This document shows, one piece after another, positions 33,793 through 38,911 of a DNA stretch of 38,911 nucleotides. The stretch comes from a virus. Taxonomy: Duplodnaviria; Caudoviricetes. A program made the position numbers and the translations under genes. Each line of letters opens with the position of its first letter. Positions within the stretch are counted from its first letter, which is position 1. The DNA lies in the IMG/VR virus record IMGVR_UViG_3300045454_000142, positions 1-38,911 of that record. One strand, 5' to 3'. The notes beneath the pieces are model-generated. The model made no database searches. It was not told the origin of the DNA and saw nothing but the letters and a program-made list of their open reading frames with translations.

Positions 33793-34499
33793 ACTCTTTC
33801 ATCATGAAAAGCATGGACAGCGCGCCTAAAGACGGACGTGAAGTAATCCTGAAAGTCGCTTACCGCGCCGGCATTCCTGGTCGCTTTCTGGTCGGGCATT
33901 ACATGCCAGGTGGTCACTGCATTGAGGATCATCCAGCGATCGCCGCTGGCTGGTACTTCTGGAACGGCCTCATGTTCGATAAAGCGGCTGAGCCTCTCGG
34001 CTGGTGCCCGCTGCCTGGTGAAGCCGCCGATTCGATCACCGTCCTGGAAGCCTGGGAGGCCATCGGCCACGACACCGGCATGAATCCATCTAAGGACGAG
34101 CTACTCGACTCGCTCCGCAACATGTCGCGCCTGGCCACGATCCTCAGCGAGGCCACCAACCCAGCTGTTCACGGCGTACTAACCGAGCGCATCCGCCAGA
34201 TCCAACAACACGGCTACGACAGCGACCATGACGATGACCACGCCTGTGACGAGATCGCGGCGCTGGCCACGTACTACGCCATGCCTCCCGCTGCTCGCTT
34301 CTGGCCAGCTGAATCCACCGGCTATGGCGCCACCTTGGGTGAGGCAATCTTGCCCGAAGGCTGGACGGCAAAACCCTGGGATGGCGAGGAAGCCGGGCGC
34401 ATTCGCGAGCTGGAGAAAGCGGGGGCGTTGATTCTGGCCGAGCTGGAACGACTGCTCCGAGCCGAGAAACGCGAAGCCGAGCAGGCCGAGGAGGTGTAG
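33789..34499 (+). CDS. Multi-domain protein: DUF551-like N-terminus plus ERxRQ..HDDDH helical domain
   Basis: SAPKDGREVIL..WCPLP; ERIRQ..GYDSDHDDDH..LEKAGALILAELERL. Confidence 0.75.
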   Translation: MNSFIMKSMDSAPKDGREVILKVAYRAGIPGRFLVGHYMPGGHCIEDHPAIAAGWYFWNGLMFDKAAEPLGWCPLPGEAADSITVLEAWEAIGHDTGMNPSKDELLDSLRNMSRLATILSEATNPAVHGVLTERIRQIQQHGYDSDHDDDHACDEIAALATYYAMPPAARFWPAESTGYGATLGEAILPEGWTAKPWDGEEAGRIRELEKAGALILAELERLLRAEKREAEQAEEV

Positions 34500-34501
34500 T
34501 C

Positions 34502-34684
34502 ATGAACCTCGAAGCACGCCTGCGCGAGGCCCTGGAGCTGCTCAAACGCAGCGCCGGCTACGCCTCGGCCTATCCGACCATCGGTGGCCACAAGCTCAAC
34601 GACGAGATCTGCCGCTTCCGCGAGGCAGTACAGGCCGAACTCGAAACCAATGCCCAACAAGCCGAGGAAGAAACCCATGGCTGA
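34502..34684 (+). CDS. Hypothetical protein (60 aa)
   Basis: GAGGAGGT RBS; tight packing. Confidence 0.7.
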   Translation: MNLEARLREALELLKRSAGYASAYPTIGGHKLNDEICRFREAVQAELETNAQQAEEETHG

Positions 34685-35297
34685 GCAAATCGAAATCCCC
34701 GCCGGCTTCGTCAAGAACGCGGTCGGCCACCTGGTGCCGGAGCACCAGGTGCGCGAGCAGGACAAGCTGCGCGACAGCGTCGCCCGCGAACTGGCCACCC
34801 AGGCCGTGGCCATCAGCGAGGCCCTGGCCGCCTTCAAGGCCAAGGCCCTGGGCGATATCGCCGACCTGATCGCCATCTCGGCCGAGAAGTACCAGGTCAA
34901 GCTCGGCGGCAAGAAGGGCAACGTCTCGATCGTCACCTACGACGGTCGCTTCAAGATCGAGCGCGCCATGGCCGAGCGCATCACCTTCACCGAGGAGATC
35001 CTCGCGGCCAAGGAGCTGATCGACCAGTGCATCCGCAAATGGAGCGAGGGCGCCGACCAGCACCTGCGCATCCTGGTCGACCGCGCGTTCCGCGCCAACC
35101 GCCAGGGCCAGATCAAGACCGGCGACGTGCTCAGCCTGCTGCGCGTCGAGATCGATGACCCGGATTGGAGGCGCGCCATGGAAGCCCTGAAGGACTCCAT
35201 CCAGGTCAACGGCACCGCCGTGTACATCCGCGTCTACCAGCGCGTCGGTAACACCGACCGCTACGACCCGATCAACCTGAACATCGCGGCGGTGTGA
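34677..35297 (+). CDS. DUF3164-family protein
   Basis: GHLVP, GGKKGNVS..DG, WRRAMEALKDS..YIRVYQR. Confidence 0.85.
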   Translation: MAEQIEIPAGFVKNAVGHLVPEHQVREQDKLRDSVARELATQAVAISEALAAFKAKALGDIADLIAISAEKYQVKLGGKKGNVSIVTYDGRFKIERAMAERITFTEEILAAKELIDQCIRKWSEGADQHLRILVDRAFRANRQGQIKTGDVLSLLRVEIDDPDWRRAMEALKDSIQVNGTAVYIRVYQRVGNTDRYDPINLNIAAV

Positions 35298-35300
35298 GCG

Positions 35301-35708
35301 ATGGACGCCCTTTATCCGATGGAGACCGCACCTAAGGACGGAAGCGAAGTGGTCTTGCAGGTCAAGCTGCGCGCCGGAATTCCCGGCAAGTATCTGGTTG
35401 GCCACTACATGCCGGGCGGCCATTGCATTGAAGATCATCCGCCGATTGAGAGCGGCTGGTACTTCTGGAATGGCCACATGTTTGACCGGGCTGCTGAGCC
35501 TGTAGGCTGGATGCCAATCCCCGGCGAGGAATACAAGTTCCCCGTCATCGAAACAACTGGACTCCGGCCCGTCGCCCGGTACGTCACAGAACGTGGACAG
35601 TGGCAGTGCTCGCGCCCTGATGCCCCGGAAGTTATCGGTGAAGGCAACACCAGCTCAGAAGCGTACCAAAAATGGCTTTCAAAGCAGGAGTTCCGCCAAT
35701 GCCCCTGA
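35301..35708 (+). CDS. DUF551-like protein, paralog of the 33789 N-terminal domain
   Basis: PMETAPKDGSEV..WMPIP. Confidence 0.75.
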   Translation: MDALYPMETAPKDGSEVVLQVKLRAGIPGKYLVGHYMPGGHCIEDHPPIESGWYFWNGHMFDRAAEPVGWMPIPGEEYKFPVIETTGLRPVARYVTERGQWQCSRPDAPEVIGEGNTSSEAYQKWLSKQEFRQCP

Positions 35709-35938
35709 TCATTGCCAACTCTGTTGAATGCACCGTGCAATACGTCACGGGCGCCTACCAGACCAACACCGTGCGCAGCCAGCGCGCCAGCTGCAGCCAC
35801 TCCGAGGACGAGGCCGTGCGCCACCTGGGCGTCAAGCTGTTCGGCGATCAGCTCGACCACGTCGAACGCATCGACCTCAAGCCCGGCGACAAGCCGGGCA
35901 TGAGCCGCTGGCTGATCGTCGGCCAGGAGGTGCAGTGA
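35699..35938 (+). CDS. Hypothetical protein (79 aa)
   Basis: CAGGAG RBS; RASCSHS..AVRHLG.KLF. Confidence 0.7.
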   Translation: MPLIIANSVECTVQYVTGAYQTNTVRSQRASCSHSEDEAVRHLGVKLFGDQLDHVERIDLKPGDKPGMSRWLIVGQEVQ

Positions 35939-36333
35939 TGGGCCATCCAATCTTTCAAGACGCACCGTCCACGGACATGACCAAGGCCCAGGAACGCCAG
36001 GCCGAGCTGGATGCACAGATCCAGGCGTTCCTGGCCAAGGGCGGCGAGATCAAGGCCTTCGACAACTTCCGCCGTCCTATCGATAGTGGGCCCTGGCAGT
36101 CGAATTCGATCAACCCGGAGCAGCAGAAGCCAGCCCAGGCTGCGCCCATCAAGGCCAAGGCGGCCAAGCCGGCCGTACCGGTGAAGGCAAAGCCGGTACC
36201 GGAGCAACCAGCCCAGCCCGTGGTGGTGGCCACCATCGATATCGGCGTTGAGCTGCGGGCTGTGCGCAAGCAGATCGCTGCGGTTCAGCGTCGGCTGAAC
36301 CGGCTCGGCTGCTCGCTGGGGGCCTCGCAATGA
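35938..36333 (+). CDS. SutA-like RNA-polymerase-binding domain protein
   Basis: ERQAELDAQIQAFLAKGGEIK resembles the recalled SutA core helix; AGGAGG RBS. Confidence 0.65.
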   Translation: MGHPIFQDAPSTDMTKAQERQAELDAQIQAFLAKGGEIKAFDNFRRPIDSGPWQSNSINPEQQKPAQAAPIKAKAAKPAVPVKAKPVPEQPAQPVVVATIDIGVELRAVRKQIAAVQRRLNRLGCSLGASQ

Positions 36334-36896
36334 CGATCTCCCGAGGTGTACTCAGCAAGATCCATGTCGCCAAGAACGACCTGGGCATGGATGAAGACAG
36401 CTACCGCGCGCTGCTGCGCCGCGTTGCGGGCGTCGAGTCGGCAAAAGACCTCAACACCCGGCAGGCCGGCAGGCTGATGGTCGAGTTCGAGCGCCTGGGC
36501 TTCAAGCCGAAGCCCAGCAGCAAGGCCAAGGGCAAACCCCACAACTTCAACCAGATGCCCGACCAGATCCGCAAGATTGAGGCGCTGCTGGCGGACATGG
36601 GCCTGCCCTGGGCCTATGCCGATGCCATCGCCAAGCAGATGTTCAAGGTCTCCCGCGTGGCCTGGCTGAAGAAGCCGAAGCAACTCGACGACCTGATCGC
36701 CGCCCTGCATGTGGAGCAGGAGAAGCGCCAGCTGCTCGACCAGGTGGAAGCCCTGTGCAAACGCCTCGGGGTGGACACTCCAGAACGCCTGGAGGGTTTG
36801 GACGAGCTACCCGAGGGGTGGCGCAGGCAGCGTCCAATCCTCAAGGCCCTGGTGGATGCCCTGAATGCGGCGGTCAACGCGCAGGAGGGCGACTGA
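36330..36896 (+). CDS. gemA: GemA / Mu gp16 family regulator
   Basis: KIHVAK..LGMDEDSYRALL..GVESAKDL..KIEALL. Confidence 0.85.
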   Translation: MTISRGVLSKIHVAKNDLGMDEDSYRALLRRVAGVESAKDLNTRQAGRLMVEFERLGFKPKPSSKAKGKPHNFNQMPDQIRKIEALLADMGLPWAYADAIAKQMFKVSRVAWLKKPKQLDDLIAALHVEQEKRQLLDQVEALCKRLGVDTPERLEGLDELPEGWRRQRPILKALVDALNAAVNAQEGD

Positions 36897-37444
36897 TGCA
36901 GCTGCAATGCCCATGCTGCGGTGAGCAGTTTCCGATCGAGGCCGGCTTCGCAGACGCGGACGGCAAGAAGCTGGCGGCCATGCTCGCCGGCCTCGATCCG
37001 AAGCTCGGCCGGGCGGTGCTCAACTACCTGCGCCTGTTCAGCCCGGCCAAGCGCGGCCTGCGCATGACCCGCGCCATCAAGCTGCTGGAGGAGCTGCTCG
37101 ACCTGGTCAACGCCGGCACGGTGCAAAAGGACGCCCGCACCAACGACTCCAAGCCGGCGCCGCCCAGGATCTGGACGGCCGGCATCGAGCAGATGGTCAT
37201 CGGGCGTGATCGCCTGTCGCTGCCCCTGGATAACCACAACTACCTGCGCACGGTGGTCTACGGCATCGCCAGCGACCCCGTCCAGGTGCAAGCCGCCGCG
37301 CCGGCCAAGCCGCCGCGCGCGGCTGCCAGCGCGCAACAGATCCTGCAGGACGCCATCGGCCGCATCGAAGCCGATCGCCGCCTGGGCCTTATAAATGAAG
37401 AGGAAGCCGAGCGCCGCATCGCAGCGGCAAGGGGGAACGCATGA
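36896..37444 (+). CDS. Conserved Mu-like protein with N-terminal CPCC motif
   Basis: MQLQCPCCG..YLRLF.P..LPLDNHNYL; between gemA and mor. Confidence 0.75.
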   Translation: MQLQCPCCGEQFPIEAGFADADGKKLAAMLAGLDPKLGRAVLNYLRLFSPAKRGLRMTRAIKLLEELLDLVNAGTVQKDARTNDSKPAPPRIWTAGIEQMVIGRDRLSLPLDNHNYLRTVVYGIASDPVQVQAAAPAKPPRAAASAQQILQDAIGRIEADRRLGLINEEEAERRIAAARGNA

Positions 37445-37809
37445 GCAACAAGCCGACAGCGATGGCTGAGAAGCGTCACGAGCTACTCAGCGATATCGCC
37501 GACCACGTGGCGGCGGTGATCCAGGACCATGGAGTGGCGGCGGTGATCGCCGAGCAGGCCGGCGCCGCGGTGGTCGAGCATCTCTCGAACACCTGGGCCG
37601 GTAGCTGTGTGACGTTTCCCAAGGATTTCCGCTGGAGGATCACCCAGCGGGATCTCGAGATCCTGGGCAAGTTCAACGGCCGCAACCACCACGCGCTGGC
37701 GGTTGAGTACGACATGACAGAGAACGCGATCTACAAGCTGCTCAAGAGAACGCAGGACAGGAAGTTCGACCGCGACCAGCACAAAATCGACTTCGGCGAC
37801 GGCCTGTAA
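37441..37809 (+). CDS. mor: Mor/C-family transcription activator
   Basis: WAGSCVTFPK..RDLEI..FNGRNHHALAVEYDMTENAIYKLLK. Confidence 0.9.
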   Translation: MSNKPTAMAEKRHELLSDIADHVAAVIQDHGVAAVIAEQAGAAVVEHLSNTWAGSCVTFPKDFRWRITQRDLEILGKFNGRNHHALAVEYDMTENAIYKLLKRTQDRKFDRDQHKIDFGDGL

Positions 37810-37854
37810 CACCCGGCCGCCGCCGTTTCACCCACGGCAACACCGTTACAAACC

Positions 37855-37936
37855 CCGTCCCGCTATTTTCCCCTTCGTTCCTGTATATCCCGCCTTTATC
37901 GCGCTTTCCCTGTCATATCTTTCTCAAGCCTGCACA
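37855..37936. other. Prophage terminus (att end) with putative transposase-binding repeats, ending CA
   Basis: Pyrimidine-rich TCCCGC/TCCTGT/TCGCGC-like repeats after the last phage gene, ending TTTCTCAAGCCTGCACA; composition changes afterwards. Confidence 0.65.
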
Positions 37937-38052
37937 TGAGGGGCGAAACCCAGCAGATCAGGCGACACGCTAACGGATAGTGCCAAGTCATCGATAGCTA
38001 ACACGTAAATGCCAGTCCGGTGTCAACCCGCACTTTCCCCAAAATATGCGAA

Positions 38053-38080
38053 GAAAAACCCCGGGCACGCCGGGGTTTTC
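38053..38080 (-). terminator. Host intrinsic terminator (probably bidirectional)
   Basis: AAAACCCCGG-GCACG-CCGGGGTTTT just downstream of the OmpA-family gene. Confidence 0.85.
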
Positions 38081-38098
38081 AGGCTCGGTAGCAGGCAA

Positions 38099-38911
38099 TC
38101 AACGCTCTGCGCCAAGCTGGCCTCGCTCATCGGAGAAGACGATTTCCACTCGCCTATTCTGCGCCCGCCCGCGTGCCGAGGCGTTTTCCGCGACGGGAAA
38201 GTCCACGCCGTAACCGACTACCTGAATGCGTTTGGCATCCACGCCCAGATCGACCAGCAGATCGGCCACAGCCTGCGCTCGCGCGCGGGACAGTTCGAGA
38301 TTCTCGGCAGCATCACCGGTGTTGTCGGTATAGCCCTCGATACGCACGCGCCGCTGCGGGTTGATCTGCAGGAACTGCACGAGCTTGAGCACGGTGCGAT
38401 TGGCGGCCGGTTGCAGATCGGCGCGACCGGCATCGAACAGCATGTCGCCCAGAGTCATCACCAGGCCGCGCTCGGTCTCGCTGGTGGCCAGGCTGACCAT
38501 CTGCTCTTCCAGCCAGCCGTTATGCTGCTGCACGCTGAGCAGCTTGGCTTCGCGCAGGGTCAGCTGCAGGCGCTGGCGCTCCAACTCGAGTTTGGCGGCG
38601 CGCTCCTGATTCAGGCTGATATCGCTGTGTTGCCGGGCTATTTCGGCATAGCGCTGGCTGAGATAGGCATAATGACGCACATCGTCTCCGCTGCCCCAAT
38701 AGCTGGACAGACGCTCGGCACGTGCCAGGGATTCACCCGCCCGGATCACGTCCTTGGGTGCGGCGCGCAGGACGTTGGGATCTTCCTTGACCGACTGGAA
38801 GCTCAGTCGCGCCTCTTCAAGCGCCTGCTCACTTGCCGGCTGATGGGCCGCGCATCCGCCGAGAAATGTGGCAGCCAGCGCCACGCCGCACAGATAACCG
38901 AAAACCCTCAT
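38099..38911 (-). CDS. Host lipoprotein, DUF4398 plus OmpA-like peptidoglycan-binding domain
   Basis: Lipobox LGGC; IEGYTDNTG, LSRARAQAV, GRAQNRRVEI. Confidence 0.92.
   Translation of the reverse strand: MRVFGYLCGVALAATFLGGCAAHQPASEQALEEARLSFQSVKEDPNVLRAAPKDVIRAGESLARAERLSSYWGSGDDVRHYAYLSQRYAEIARQHSDISLNQERAAKLELERQRLQLTLREAKLLSVQQHNGWLEEQMVSLATSETERGLVMTLGDMLFDAGRADLQPAANRTVLKLVQFLQINPQRRVRIEGYTDNTGDAAENLELSRARAQAVADLLVDLGVDAKRIQVVGYGVDFPVAENASARGRAQNRRVEIVFSDERGQLGAER

Larger units (their letters stand above)
1..37936. mobile_element. Transposable Mu-like prophage, B3/BcepMu-type layout with a siphovirus tail; left end outside the window
   Basis: DDE transposase plus AAA ATPase, Mor, GemA, DUF935 portal, gpF/G/I head genes; early operon diverges from the late genes and runs to a CA terminus; no tail sheath gene. 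Confidence 0.96.

Noticed and set aside
34150-34499. Assignment to Acb2 or Tad1 sponge proteins
   Set aside because: The sequence does not match those families as I recall them; left unassigned
33820-35530. Diverged DNA repeat as a DGR template/variable repeat pair
   Set aside because: Differences are not adenine-specific, both copies are coding, and there is no reverse transcriptase in the window
1-38911. CRISPR array, tRNA/rRNA, invertase-controlled tail switch, mom/dam genes, tail sheath
   Set aside because: None seen; the distal tail and modification genes may lie beyond the left edge

Overview
Almost the whole window (1 to ~37936) is one apparently intact transposable (Mu-like) prophage with B3/BcepMu-type organisation, in a high-GC Pseudomonadaceae-like host. 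The late region reads leftward: lysis, terminase, portal, gpF, G, protease/scaffold, capsid, then a non-contractile tail ending in an Fn3-LamG module. A central immunity region holds the repressor and two envelope morons. The early operon reads rightward (transposase A, MuB-like ATPase, many small genes, GemA, Mor) to a CA-3' end at ~37936. The other prophage end lies beyond the left edge. A host DUF4398/OmpA lipoprotein gene closes the window. Main sequence-level observations: an Fn3 domain apparently split between the tail-tip protein and the next gene; a perfect 30-bp palindrome inside the repressor gene; a divergent orphan ORF resembling part of the phage's own gpF; three conserved late promoters, one probably leaderless; a SutA-like RNAP-binding protein; twin His/Cys DUF551-like domains; an antisense terminator inside the ATPase gene; a -1 frameshift; and an embedded o-spanin. 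Family names come from recognition and synteny, not database searches.
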